Shown: positions 14,458 to 35,430, numbered from the whole stretch's first letter. The stretch: 63,935 nt of DNA, filler included, from Collodictyon triciliatum (GCA_043381765.1; 5 parts of 5 records of this genome joined end to end with filler, not necessarily neighbours in it); one strand, 5' to 3'. A program made the numbers and translations. Notes: generated from the sequence alone by a model not told the origin.

Positions 14458-14740
14458 TTTTCTTTTTTCTTTTTCTTTTTTCTTTTTTCTTTTTTCTTTT
14501 TTCTTTTTTCTTTTTTCTTTTTTCTTTTTTCTTTGCTTTTTGTTCTTAGGTTTAAAAGGTTTTTTTTGATTTGCACGATTTTCGTACTTCGTACATTCCA
14601 CATCCGGATATCCAACGGGAGGCCATCACAGGCTATCTTTTTCCCTAGTTTCTTTTTTTCACAGCATCGCGCATATGGTATTAAAGGCTTTTTTTCGTGT
14701 GTGTTCCAATTTGCTTTATGCGCTCTCATTGAGTCTTAGG

Positions 14741-16420
14741 TTAGAAGACCGTGCCATCACTGACAATCTTGATTGGTGGCCCGCCATCGGGTCGAAGCTC
14801 CTTGGCCACTTCTCTCCCAACCTTCCAAGTTCCTGCCTCCAAAACCTGTGTAGTGATTGATAATTTTTTTTCAAAAATTTTTATTAGAAATCACAGGGAT
14901 ACGCAGATTATTCATCTCTTCCATTCAAACGCACCATTCTCAAGATACAAAGTCTTAACAAGGTTTTTGATTCTGCTGAATGATTCTCGTTATCTTATTT
15001 CATTCATGAAAGAAAAAGTACATATTCGGCAACTGTATGGGTTGAAACCTTAATTAAAGGAAGTTCGTCTGAGTTCATTCCAAGAAGTTGACGGACATGC
15101 GAGGCTACTTCGTCCAAGAGAACGACTGTAAGCGCTCTCCATTCCACAATAACATCTGAATCCGTAGTGTTAGGCTGCGATAGGATTTCATCCTCGATGG
15201 GCACGAGGACTTTCATATCGATAAGTAGTCCCCCGTTGCGATATTCCTTGGTTGGGTTGGGTCGAGACCAGGTTGTAATCGCAAAGGAGAAGAAAAAGAC
15301 ATATTACAATCACTCAATGCAAACTTAAGCATATTTGTAAAAAGAAAAAAAATAGTGGTGAGCGATGGAAAGCTGGGAATATGGAGAAAATGTGCGCCTT
15401 GAGAATGGAAAGAGCTTGAACAATACCGGAAGGCCAGTCATCTCATCTAAACCAGCCACGTGAATCCCAGCCCAGCGAAAGGGCTCGATTAATGAATAAG
15501 TCAGCCACTGTGACAATTTGTGGAAAGGAACAAATGTGTCAAACTCTGTCCCGACCAGTCCTTCTTCAAGAAGTGCATGAAACACCCAGACGTCGCCCAT
15601 GTTTGTATCATGCAGAGTGGTTCGGGTGGATGGCCATACATTCTGCATTCCATCTATAAGCAAGGCCCACAAATCACGGACATGTAGAGTTCCCTGGTAT
15701 TTGCACAATTTTTTTTCAAGTTGTCAAAAGTGTATCCTAGATTCATAACTCAATGCATATATGAAAGCAAAAGAAATGTTGGTATTTTGTACATGAGTTT
15801 ACGATGCAAACGAGATTTTTTTTTGAAAAACTGTTCCTTTTTTCAAGGAACGAGATAGAGGAGAACCTTTTCGTCAAGCTTTGATTGCAGAGTGTCAATA
15901 ATCCCACCCGGTCTCATCTGCGATGTAAAAACATCCTGCCTTGCTTTCAGCGTCTCTCCAAGGTTTTTTAGTAACGTCCACCTCCCTTCTAACCCAACCA
16001 TAGGGTTTTGTTCCGATATTTGAAACCCTTGAGATAGTGATTCCAATGATAATTCGCGAAGAGCCTGGGATGAATTTGTATAAATTATGCACCTCAAACT
16101 TCAATCACAAAAAAGGTGATACGGTCGTACTCTTCTTGTGTATCACAATGGAGTATCATATGATCGGAGCATATAATGAAGGCATCCAAGAGCGATGTTT
16201 ACTTTCCCATCCACCCGAGTGGGGTCACTAGAATCCGAGCTAAATAGTCCACTTAGAAACATATTCCAAGAGGCAATCCCAAGTCCTTCGCTTCTCCCTA
16301 TCACAACACCCGTATCGCTCTCGCTGTATCTCCACACAGGTCCTGCACCAGCATCCAACAACACGCTCACGATGGCTATGTCGAGATATCTGCGGGCTTT
16401 TTCGATTTCGCTTAATCCCT
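14741..16420 (-). CDS. URC4: URC4/urg3 family protein (DUF1688), 5'-partial
   Basis: Exons encode VSVLLDAGAGPVWRY, GRSEGLGIASWNMF, NPMVGLEGR, FVPFHKLSQWLTYSLIEP, MTGLP-EYRNGGLL, VIVEWRALTV and C-terminal VLEAGTWK...ISDGTVF-like IVSDGTVF*. N-terminal exons not found, possibly lost in the gap at 16685-16703. Confidence 0.9.
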
Positions 16421-16581
16421 GATTTGAAAAAAATGAATACGCAGCATTCCTTTTAAAAAAAACTGTCGATGGGCAGTAGTTGCGTGTATTTCTGTGTGAT
16501 ATTTGCTATCAAAACACATCAAAATGAAGTATATAATATGATTTTAAATATCTGAATACCAATTCTACCATGTAGATATAC

Positions 16582-16820
16582 CTTTTTTTTATCCTTTTAT
16601 CTTTTTTATCTTTTTTTATCTTTTTTTATCTTTTTTTATCTTTTTTATCTTTTTTATCTTTTTTATCTTTTTTATCTTTTTTATNNNNNNNNNNNNNNNN
16701 NNNCTTTTTTTTATCTTTTTTTATCTTTTTTTATCTTTTTTTTCTTTTTTTTCTTTTTTATCTTTTTTTATCTTTTTTTATCTTTTTTTATCATTTTTTA
16801 TCTTTTTATATCTTTTTTTA
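16582..16820. repeat. (TTTTTTATC)n repeat spanning an assembly gap
   Basis: Read directly; N run at 16685-16703. Confidence 0.9.
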
Positions 16821-17066
16821 GTGGCGAGCCAGACAATCATTCCCGACAGCCAGAAAGCCAATCAACAGCAAGCGAACAAGACAAAAGCAACGATCCAAAA
16901 AAGAAAGAAAAAACAGAGACATATTCAACCCTCCTTTTTTTTTTTCTCTCCAAGTTGTCTTCACAACCACTCTAAAGGAAAAAGAAAAAGAAAAAGGAAA
17001 GAGTGCGTCTATGCCAACGAAACCAAGAGCCGCTCAACTCCCTCTCTCCCAGCAGCAGCAACCCCG

Positions 17067-20000
17067 ATGGCCCACCGACGCCCACACGACGCCCAACCGC
17101 ACAAAGAGCGGCACCTGCGAAAAGCAGACGACGACTCAGGCCACCCGCCCAAGCGAACCGCAAGAGACGATCACAGAGAGCGAGGCCAACCCAGAAGCTC
17201 ACGGCCGCTTCCGCCAGCCGAGCCCGACGAAGACGACGAGATGGCGCGCGAACTGAAGCGCAAGGCCGAAGAACGGCGCCACTACCAGGAGAAGGAGGAT
17301 CGCCTAAGGGGAAAGCACGAAGCGCTTCTCAAGAGTCATCAGCTCGCTTCGATCAAGCAGCATCTCGCCCCGGGCGGGAGGGACAAGTCTGAGAGGCCGT
17401 CGGCCACGAAGCAGGTAGAATCGGCGGCAGAGTCTGGGCAGGTTGCGCATATCAAGAAAGATGTTGTTGTGAATAAGCCTGAGCCTGTACCTGTGAAGAG
17501 AGTCGTTGTTTTGAACAAACTTGAGCCTGTGAAGAAAGACGTTGTTTTATCCATGCAAACGACAAAGAAAGACGTTGCTGAGTCGATGCCTAAGCCTATG
17601 CCTGTGAAGAAAGACGTTGTTGTGAACAAGCCTGAGCCTGTGCCTGTGAAGAAAGACGTTGTTGTGAACAAGCCCGAGTCTGAGCCTGTGAAGAAAGACG
17701 TTGTTGTGAACAAGCTTGAGCCTGAACCTGTGAAGAAAGACGTTGTTTTGAATAAGCCTGAGCCTGAGCCTGCAAATAATGATGTTGTTTTGAACAAGCC
17801 TGAGCCTGCAAATAATGATGTTGTTTTGAATAAGCCTGAGCCTGCAAATAATGATGTTGTTGAGTTGATGCCTGAGCCTGCAAAGATCGGTGTTGCTGTG
17901 TCGATGCAGATTACGCCTGTGGAGGAGACTGATATGCAAAAGATGAGCACGTCTTCTGGGTGCGATGACTCTGTAGATTTGTTGGTCCCGTCACAGGATC
18001 AAGTTCTTTTGACACATGAGATGAAGACAGAGTCGGAATGCGACGATGTGGTGGGTCTATATTTCTTATTATTAGAAATGGTGAAGGTATTTGTATGATT
18101 AATTTGTCCGGAATAGGACCAAGGGAGCCAAAGATTAGATGTCTCTCAAATAGCAGGGAAAGCTAGCGATTCGCAAGGAAATCAGGTTTTTACTTTTTAT
18201 ATAAACTCTTCTGCTTTGGCTATAACCTAGACACAAGCTTGCATGCTTGGCCTATTTTGTTTCCATTCGCGTTTCATTTTCCCCTCACTCTTTTTTCACT
18301 GTTGTAAGATTCTATTTCACTCTTATATAGCTTATCATTTACTCTCTTTTCTTTCTTTTTCTTTCTTTTTTTGTTTCTTTCCATTTCTAACCCAAAAAAC
18401 AATATAACAGTCTGATACAAATTCGAGTGATGGCGAGAAGGTTCAAGCGCCCGTGGTAAGCAAAGATGTTTACGGCCCATGCGGAAGAAAAGTAGATCTC
18501 TTTACAGGTTGTCGCCGCGTCGACGCCTTTGAGCGTTTGAACGAAATCAACCAAGGAACGTACGGCATTGTTTATCGTGGCAAGGACAGGAAAACAGGAG
18601 GCATTGTTGCTTTGAAAAAATTGAAGCTTGAAAAAGAACTCGAAGGATTCCCAATCACTTCCCTGCGCGAAATAGCTCTGCTGATGTCGCTAGAGCACCC
18701 GAATATTGTGAACGTAAAAGAAATCGTCATAGGGCGCACGGTGGATGAGTAAGATAATATATCAATCAATAAGCATAATCACAATGTACACAATATGGTT
18801 CCATGCCATCATGAATTACAAATACAATATGTACTGGATAAAAAAATCTCTTTCTTGATTTTCTTCCATTTTTTCTCTGTGTGAGAAGCATATTCATGGT
18901 GATGGAATTTGTGGAACATGACCTTAAAGGCTTCATGCGTGTTATGAAAACCCCATTCATCGAAATGGAAGTAAAGTGTTTAATGCTTCAGCTTATACGT
19001 GCAATTCTCTATTTGCATGAAAACTGGGTTCTTCATAGGTAACAAATTGCTCTGTTATATTATCATAATTTGAGTAATTGCCTATTATTTTTATTTTTGC
19101 ACAATCTCGTGCCATTGTAATCCCTTTTTGTTTCCAATTCCCATTTACTCCATTTCTTTCGCTTCCTTCCATCCAAAAAACTCATCCATCCTTTCAACCA
19201 AAAATTAACATGGCGGAAATTCATTCATTCAACATTATCTGTTATGAGTGTACATATTCCAATAGTCAGACTAAATCGAATCATAATGAAGGGATTTGAA
19301 GGCATCTAATATTCTTATTACAAATCGAGGGATTCTAAAGGGTAAAATACCCATAGCGATCTTGAGACATATGAAAAAAAATCTGATATATATATAATAA
19401 TAATGCATGCTCTCGTCCATGCTTACTAACATAAGTACCCAATTTAGTGTGCGATTTTGGCCTAGCTCGACGTTATGGAAGTCCTATCCAATCGTACACT
19501 CAACTGGTTGTCACGCTTTGGTATCGGTACTGAGATATAAACTCATAAGTTCAGCTTGTCCACGAAGTCGATAAATGTCTTCTCTAAAATAATAATATCC
19601 CACAAATTTAACGCAGTATCGATTTTTTTTCTATTTTAATTTGCTTTTAATTTGCTTTTAATTTGCTTTTAATTTGCCTTTATTCTGCTTTTATTTCATT
19701 TATGAATGCTTGTTTCGTGAGATAATTTAGCGCGACTATTTTGTTGATTGAACAGATCTTAACCCCAATCATTCTTATTTTATATCGAAGAGCCCCCGAA
19801 CTTCTCCTCGGTCAGAATCTCTACAGCACTGCCATAGACATGTGGTCTGTTGGTTGTCTCTTTGGCGAGCTCATCCAGAAAGCAGCCCTTTTTGAAGGAC
19901 GGGACGAGAACGACCAATTGAAAAGAGTATGTGCAAGAGAGAGAAAACATGCGTATTCGTTCTTGTGGTTGTTTTTATTTATTTATTTTTTGAACTATAC

Positions 20001-20805
20001 GTGGGTACCTAATAAGAGACTTCTTTACCTCATAGTCACTGTTTGCTTCGTAATATTTTTTTTAAAAGAACGAATGAATTCTTACCTGATCTAAAAAAAT
20101 CATGATGAATCAGTCTACCTCACCCACACTCAGATTGAAATGAATGTCTACGCAATGTGTAAGGTGTCCTTTTTCTAGATATTTGATATTATGGGAACAC
20201 CCACCGACGAGGACTGGCCTGGACACAAGTCTTTGCCATTTTATCGGGACGGTAGGTACAAAGACGCTTTCAGGATACACAACTCGTAAGTGTGCCTCGC
20301 TGGTGATAATTTGCTTCTCCAAGTGATAGTTTTGAGCCAAAATGCATCTATTACGGATAGCAACTTTCGTTTCGCTTTCTAGGATTTATTTCAACCAAAC
20401 TTTCATTCTCACTTTACCTTCTTTCTTCTTTTTTATTCCCTTTAGTACCAACCGACTCGCAGACAAACTACGGTCCCATCAGTTGGTCACACACTCGTCT
20501 GGCTTCGAGCTTCTGTTCCAGATGCTAGCTTACGACCCGAAGAAAAGGTATCGATAACGCTGTCTGCATTTATTTTGCCGCACTTTTGCCTTTCTTTTCT
20601 TGTTTTACAGAATCAGTCATTTATATGAGAATTTGTTCATCAATTCTGTGTATTTATTCCAAGTTTCCCTCTGGCAGTCAATTGATTAAATTGTCGGTGA
20701 TTTAGAATCAGTGCCTCAGACGCCTTAAATCACAAGTACTTTACAGTTCCCAATCTCGCGTGTGACCCTTCGTTCATTCGAACATATCCTTCCACCAACG
20801 AATAA
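17067..20805 (+). CDS. CDK11: Cyclin-dependent kinase 11 (PITSLRE) homolog
   Basis: [88 protein letters not shown] across GT-AG introns; charged N-terminal extension; ends TYPSTNE*. Confidence 0.93.
17455..17882 (+). repeat. In-frame coding tandem repeats ([13 protein letters not shown] / [12 protein letters not shown]) in CDK11 exon 1
   Basis: About a dozen 33-39-nt units visible in ORF 16821-18098. Confidence 0.9.
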
Positions 20806-21177
20806 AATAGATGTTTTTGAACTATTTAACCCCATGAATACTTCCTTTATGAGCAGTGGAGTAAAACCATGGCACATGAAAGTTTTCCATGCTCTAATTA
20901 ATTTTTATTTCCTACCTTAACCCATTTCCCTTGATCAATTTTTAGTGAACTATCTTCGCGATATAATTTATGTATATGTGTATTCTGAAGAAAAGCTTTC
21001 ATATCCTTTCTCACCACTTCTCAATCGCTCATCTGTCCGAACATATTTTCATCATTATGTTTTTTTTTTCCTCCAAAAAATAATAAGAACAAGAACACAT
21101 CCATGCAAATCATCATCACTCCTCGCACATCATTTTTCTTCTTCCAAAGAATATCGCTTCATCAGTGATTTGGTTGT

Positions 21178-28537
<7,360 letters not shown>

Positions 28538-28692
28538 CAGCCCTTTGAAAAGCTGAGCGCCTCTAGCAGCCTGACAAACATAGATAAAAGTCAGAGACCG
28601 CATTGATGAGTATTTTTCAAGCGGATGAGTGGGAGTGTGACTGAGTACACCGTATCAAAAACAATAACAGCCACATACTGATAAGTTCAACC

Positions 28693-28822
28693 AAAAACAA
28701 AAACAAAAACAAAAACAAAAACAAAAAAGCAAAAACAAAAATAAAAACGAAACAAAAAAACAAAAACAAAAAAGCAAAAACAAAAAACAAAAAACAAAAA
28801 ACAAAAACAAAAACAAAAACAA
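28693..28822. repeat. (AAAAAC)n microsatellite at contig end
   Basis: Read directly. Confidence 0.9.
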
Positions 28823-28922
28823 NNNNNNNNNNNNNNNNNNNNNNNNNNNNNNNNNNNNNNNNNNNNTTAATTAATTAANNNNNNNNNNNNNNNNNNNNNN
28901 NNNNNNNNNNNNNNNNNNNNNN
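28823..28922. other. Artificial contig linker
   Basis: N44-TTAATTAATTAA-N44. Confidence 0.97.
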
Positions 28923-29240
28923 TATCAGAGGCTAGAAAATCGAGAGACAGCAACAGGCAAATGCTGCAGTAGTATTCTTTTTGGACACTTTGGACCAATT
29001 ACATGCAGTGTACATTTTTAAGAAATTATTCTTTTTACTATTACTTATTATATCTTCTCTTTTGAATGTCTTGTTAAAACCAATTATATATTCCTATAAT
29101 TTTGCTATATGTCAAATTCCTATATCCTATTTTGTCATATTTCTGATTTCATAATCCTTTTATGTCTGGCTCTTCACTTGAAAAAAAAAAAAAACGATCT
29201 TCCGTCTCTGTTATATGTTTTAATCTTCAAAATTGGATAG

Positions 29241-31481
29241 TTGAAGGACCGGCGCTATCTATTTACTGCATCACAAGACACACACATTCGCTCTTACAGA
29301 GTTCCATATTTGCGTAATTCATATCGTGTTCACAAGGTTAGGTCAAATTTATTGTCATTTTTTATAAACCAGAATTGATTCTTTCAATTGAAAAATTATT
29401 GACTAAATTTAACAATTTATTATCTTCAATAGGTTAACGCTACTAAATTTGAATAGAAATATTTCATTATTTTATGTTAAACTTTATTTAAAACAGAAAT
29501 CGTCTATGAAATCAAAGAACGTGTACGCATCTTTGGCAGAGAGAATGACTTACCAAATCAAACCTCAAATTATGGCACCAATTACATTTTTTCTCCTTTT
29601 AGTTGACTTTGCTCGTAAGATTATGATACCCTCTCGTGTCATCTTGATATTTCTCCCTTTAAATTTTATGCTGGTCTTAAAAAAAATAGCGCGCGGTTAC
29701 AAATACCAAGATGGCTCTAAGTAAATGGGTTTATAGAAATGGTTGCCTTGCCATTCACAACAGAAGACCGCCGAAACCATGACCAGAATGTACAAGAAGC
29801 TAACGGTGTAATGAGGATGTTCCAGCTTTCTTTCTCGGTAAGTTGGTCGTATCAAACTTGTAAGAATTTTTATTAAAAAAAAGCTGCCTATTTGTATGCG
29901 TTAGGACGGATGGCGCTTGTTCTTTTGGTTGATATGCGGTTGTTTCGTACCGATTTTTTTAGTAATGTTCCATTTTTCCCCTGAGGTGAACTATCAAAAT
30001 ATTCGATTTAAGCATGTCAGTAAGTGTATCAATTGTGATACTTGCTTTATATTAAATAATTTTTTATATATGTTCCTTTGACATTTATATGCGGACACTT
30101 TGTGCTTCAATTATATCTTTGCTATTGAATGTCATAAACCATTTCAAGTTCATCGATAAAGAACAAAAAATAATAATAATCTTATCTATACCTGTATTCT
30201 ATATAGCACGATCTCCTAATCCGTGGAATTATGTTTGGCTGTTCTTTGTCATTTACATTGTCCTTGTGACGGGCTCTATGTTTGTTCCATTAACTCGTCA
30301 ACTTCTTGAAGGTAAGAGTCATTGATGTCTCTCACGGGTGATGTTTGTTTGATTCATTCGATTTACTGTTCCATCACGCTCCCTGACTCCACCTTTATGT
30401 TTGAGCCACTTGTAACAAACCAACTCGTCATTCAATCGACTAGAGGAGCTCTTTCTGTGGCACTGTGCTACTTTCCTCTAAAATCAATCTTTGCTTCAGC
30501 TTTGAACTGCAGATTTATGGTACCATCCATCGTGTCTGATTGCTACGGGAGCAGCCATGTTCTCTATGTCATCATATCCCTTTTGGCTCTGCTGATCTTT
30601 ATTATTCTCTTGTTTCGACTTGCTGGTGTAGAAAATGACATCTCATGTATTAATAAACAAGAATTAGACAGTCGTCTTAAAGGCGAACGCCAGAGGTATG
30701 GCATCCTTATCATCATGCATATTGTGTATTCGATTGGCGACTTTGGAGCTCGGTGAAAAGTGCGAGGCTGATTCAGTGCAGGGACTAAGTCATCCACCTC
30801 CTCGGTATGTGTGTAGCATACCCGGGCGCTCATATTTAGTTGAGATGAAAGAAAGGTGGCTGAGCTGGAAGGGCGACCGACCCGTCCACAACAACATTCA
30901 CTACATGTCTAAGCGACACTTTTCGATAGATCGATTGTAAGTAGCTTCTGAAGTATTAGCCTGTTGGTATAGGATGCATTTTAGAGTGTTTCTGATTGGA
31001 CGTCCCTTTAACACTTTTATGCTCTTTTTATGCTCTTTTTATGCTCTTTTTATGCTCTTTTTATGCTCTTTTTATGCTCTTTTTATGCTCTTTTTATGCT
31101 CTTTTTATGCTCTTTTTATGCTCTTTTTATGCTCTTTTTATGCTCTTTTTATGCTCTTTTTATGCTCTTTTTATGCTCTTTTTATGCTCTTATTCGGTGT
31201 GCATCGACTTACACGAACCACTTTGTGTAGATATGTAATTATCAAGACTGTCCTTGTGATGGTTTCGGTCTACTTTTCAGACGACCGGTTGGTTGTGGGC
31301 TATATCCTTTTTATACTGATGTCATTCATGGTTGTCGCGATTGTCAGAGACCCGCCATACTACTCACGCAAGATATCAGCACTCGTATGTTTTTATTTTT
31401 TTGGACTGTATCTATCTCGTTGATGTAAGTCAACAACTCGGTGTATATGTACGCAGAAAATATGCAGACCATGGCTGTCTA

Positions 31482-31567
<86 letters not shown>

Positions 31568-32132
31568 GATGATGATGATGATGATGGTGATGGTGATGGT
31601 GATGGTGATAATTAACTTTTGTGTTTTTTTTTTCTTATGCCAACATCTCTCTTGATTGCATTTACACATGCGTCATAGCGACTGTCGTTGGTGATGGGAA
31701 TGCTGTGGGCGTTTCTGCATAGCATCATATACTCATATATCGATGTGTCGCCCACAGAGGAGCTGGTTGTATTAGGAGGAGTGATGTGTGTCACAATACC
31801 GGTGTCATACTTTTTGTCATGTGCGTAGCAGCGAGGCCATTAGACAATTTTCGATTCGTCACATTGCCAGTGTTTATGCGCTATTTCAACTAAAACTCAT
31901 ACATGCCACAGATCAACTGTTTATATTCCGAAAGAAATCAGGCAAAGTAGCACCCTTGTCGCTCCCCACGACACATGAAGATGCTATTTGCAGAGTGAAA
32001 GAAGCCACTGAAATCATGCCTGTTACCGAGGTCATCGCCACTGTAAGCCTTGAGGGAAACAGTCCGGTTGACAACGGAGAGGGGACGAAGGAAGCAGACG
32101 CCATTAGAAAACCAGCCGCACTTTCTCCGTAA
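29241..32132 (+). CDS. Multi-exon multi-pass membrane protein of unknown function, probably 5'-partial
   Basis: Hydrophobic exons bounded by AG/GT (WLFFVIYIVLVTGSMFVP; CYGSSHVLYVIISLLALLIFIILLFRL; YVIIKTVLVMVSVYF...RDPPYY; LSLVMGMLWAFL); last exon ends KPAALSP*. Confidence 0.55.
31015..31190. repeat. Intronic (TTTTTATGCTC)n 11-mer tandem repeat
   Basis: Read directly. Confidence 0.95.
31482..31610. repeat. Compound microsatellite (ATT)n(GAT)n(GGTGAT)n
   Basis: Read directly; intronic. Confidence 0.95.
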
Positions 32133-32420
32133 ATGAGAAACTATATAAAATCTTTTATTTTAACTGCGTTATTTCGCTATCTCTTAATTTGATGGCAATT
32201 TGAGAAGTCAGAATGCGCCTTGGTATTCATATTATACAATTCATGCGTATATTGATATGCTTGTTGCTATTTATTGGAGAATTTTGTATGAATATTTCAT
32301 GAGATTTGAAGAAATCTAGGGGTTGTTCCATTCACTCTAAGTAAGGGTGTGACGTGTAAATGCGGTCCTCAAATAATTCAAACCTTGTAACATGCTTATG
32401 CAATTGTTTCATATGATTCC

Positions 32421-32520
32421 TTTGTTTGTTTGTTTTTTTGTTTTTTTGTTTGTTTGTTTGTTTGTTTGTTTGTTTGTTTGTTTGTTTGTTTGTTTGTTTG
32501 TTTGTTTGTTTGTTTGTTTG
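32421..32520. repeat. (TTTG)n microsatellite
   Basis: Read directly. Confidence 0.95.
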
Positions 32521-32544
32521 CTAGATATTTTCATCATGTACTCA

Positions 32545-33800
32545 GATACATAAGTGAACACCATTTTTCGTGCTTCTGTTCAGGGCCAGCAAGTAGAGGT
32601 TGTAAAGATTTCTAGTTCTCGACCATTTAATACACCTAATTCTATGAGAAAAGCTAGAGTTTTCAAAATTTATCCGAACGAGCCCCAACGACTGACCTTG
32701 TTATTCAATTATGAACAAGAAATAAAAAGTCTTACCGCGAAGCGGGCCCTTCGCAATAGAATAGGCTTTTATTTTTAGATTCCAAACATGTACTTGGAAA
32801 AAATATTATTCCCCCATGCACGTCCGGTCAGGGTTTCAGACTTGGTTAAATCGTGGCGCAAACAGGTTTTTTTCCGTTTGGGTTCCGTTTTTATGCCTCG
32901 GAGCTCCAAAGTGGGTAGTAAGAACTATGGAAACTCTACTTTTAATTTTAATACGTTCAACAGGAGTACAAAAAGCTCCAAAGTATTCAGAAACTCTACC
33001 AAAGACATCATAGAATGTTGGAGGTCAATAATAGAATCAAATAACTCACAAGCTGTTGGAGATCATGACATTTTATCTCGGTTAAATTCACTAATGCGGA
33101 GAACTAACCGATTCCTTAAGGCAGGTACGATTGTTTCAGCTTACAATTGCTGGTTTATTTGTTTTTCTTGTATTTTGATGTACTGCATTTATAAGACTTT
33201 CCATAAATGCTAAAAAATGCAAACCTCCATTGAGAAGGTAACACTTTATCCGTGTTCTCCGATCCATTTCTGTATCCCAGTCTCAGCAAATTAGCACTCA
33301 ACATCCCTATCTAAGCAAGTCCAGCAAGAAAAAATATCTTTAATACATTCGGGTTGAATGAAGTCCCTCTAAAGTTACAAGTTATTCGGAGACTCTTCTA
33401 ATACATCAACTACGGTTTCATTTAATATAACAGGAAGGGTATGTCTGAAGTCACCAGAAAATAGAACATTCACTTATTTAATTATGGCACTGCTCTTTAA
33501 TCCTTTGAAATACTGCTAACTTCTTCAATGGTTTTTCTGTTGTGTATAGTGCTCTCATCTTGTAAGATAATCTTGCAAGCTCCGAGTAATAATCTGTTGT
33601 CGAAATTTTATTCAGTGTACTGGGGGGTTGTAAAATAATGTAGAATCCTTATTACATAACCAGGTGCTCTGCCACCATTTAGTATAGTTACAGCTTTACC
33701 TGATGTTGCCGCTGGTGTCCCAAAAAATTTTCTCTATCAAGGCTTTTGTTAGTATCGTATTGATAAATATAATCAATTCGATGCCGCCGGTAGCACCACA
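32545..33800 (-). mobile_element. Decayed Helitron-type PIF1 helicase coding remnant
   Basis: Broken minus-strand translations in the correct PIF1 order: CGATGGIELIIFINTIL (motif I), AATSGKAVTILNGGRA (Ia), KIILQDESTIHNRKTIE (II), VLFSGDFRHTLPVI (III), VEFLNTL...LKLKVEFP, QGQSLGLVRINFENSSFSH (V), SRTRNLYNL...TKNGVH (VI/C-term). Many stops and frameshifts. Confidence 0.8.
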
Positions 33801-34058
33801 TTATAAAATTCACTTATATTTATCAGAAACATAATTCTTTTTTGTTTTTTATTCTTTTATTTTGTTCAAGATGGTGGTTTTGGTTTTTTATGACACAATC
33901 CATAATCTATTTGTAAACAAGCCTAAACTTTGTCGAAAAGGGGCTCATTCTCTTGGATATATTTCATCACATTTTTTTGTTGCAAAAATACACTAGCACC
34001 TTATATTTGACCTTTACTTGTGTAAAATGGTGTAATGTTTTGGCTTTGGTTCGTTTGT

Positions 34059-34975
34059 CATCGTTTGCATGGACGCTACTTGTTGGCCGGGTGGCGGAGA
34101 AGTAGTCGGTTATCAGGAGTTGCATCCTGCGGTTTGGCCTGTAGCCTGGGTCTTGTGCTTGCATGAGAGATACAAGGCGAGGTTTAATCTCCTTCTCAGC
34201 TTCTTTCCACATGTCTCTTCTCACGGGGTCGGAGTAGTAGAGAACGTGCAGGTGGCGAAGAAAGCTATTGAGGAAAGAGATTTGTATGATGTCATTCAGC
34301 CTGTTATCAGGAATGGGTGGCTGGTTGTTGAATCTTGCTTTGCGTGAGTATATGCGCGCTATCCACATAGTCCATAGCAAATGGCCTCGCGTCACTGCCC
34401 AGAATGTTTTTGCATCTGGACGCAGCTGTTGCAGAGGCCCAAATATCGCCTGGATTGAGCCAACAGCCGCAGCCGTCTTGAGTGTCAGTCGAAGAATCTC
34501 ACCGGCTGCTTTGCGCAGGTTTTGAGCGAAGGGACATTGCACAAATGCGTGCTCAATGGATTCATCCCTGTTGCTGCAAAGTGTGCATTGTCGGGAGACT
34601 TTGCCAGCTTTTGCCGCGCGTGTGCCTATCCATAGCTCCCTCTTGGTGATATTATGCATTAGAGAGCGGTGATTTGGAAGGACTTGCGGGATTCGTGCTT
34701 GTCTCCAGCTCGCGATGAGCGGGGTGTGGGTGATGCCCAGGGTTTCTCCCCACCGTTGATGTTTTGACTTTTTGTAGGGTGTTGGCGGTGGTATTTTGCA
34801 TCGAAAGAATTTGGACTAGGCCATAGCCATCGAGAACTGCATAGACTGCGCACCGTTAGACGAGCGTTCGTTCTTAAGGCGGAAAATAATGGCGACGGGA
34901 TGCCGTATGAGGTTGGTCTGCGTGAGCGCCATTTTCCTTTGTTATTCAGGACGGCTGTGGTTAGTTGAGCCCCTT
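34059..34975 (-). mobile_element. Non-LTR retrotransposon (L1/Tx1-like) ORF2 3' fragment with zf-RVT zinc knuckle
   Basis: CTLCSNRDESIEHAFVQCPFA (C-x2-C...E..EH...C) followed by LWTMWIAR (W..W..R). GC-richer than the flanks, and frameshifted near 34660-34760. Confidence 0.85.
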
Positions 34976-35049
34976 GGGCAATAATGATAACAAAATCCCT
35001 TAAAAACTGGTTCATTCAAAATTCATAAATCTCTTGAATTACTGGAAAA

Positions 35050-35430
35050 ATCCATCACCTACAAGAATCATCGGGTAAGACCATCCTGTTAACATTACGG
35101 AAGGTCAAATTATCCGCTTCATAATAATGGCGTAAGTATTGCTTTAACATGGGGTATACTCAGGGATAAACCTCGCTACTAAATGATCCCTGTTATCTTC
35201 AGCCTCAGTGACCTTTTATCTATTTCTCCAGGAGAGAGAGAAACAAAATATCTGCGTCTTTTGAGACATGGGTACCCCTCCTTATATTTTGCTCTTATTG
35301 GAGTTTATTTTGTGACGGTATCGTGGCGGTCTTGCTCTATCGATTTTCATGAACTTATCATCGTATGACTGTGTCTAATAGCGCTGAGTGCATTTGATTC
35401 GATCCCAACGAATTTTACATTAGTGAAAAG
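35050..35430 (-). mobile_element. Possible Helitron Rep-domain remnant
   Basis: Broken translation KEGYPCLKRRR...RFIPEYTPC resembles Helitron DGYP.YRRR...NRWVVPYNP; it lies upstream of the helicase remnant on the same strand. Confidence 0.35.

Noticed and set aside
17339-17950. Minus-strand repeat ORFs ([13 protein letters not shown])
   Set aside because: Antisense readings of the CDK11 coding repeat.
32521-32524. CTAG as the Helitron 3' terminus
   Set aside because: No subterminal GC hairpin, and it is not followed by T on the element strand.
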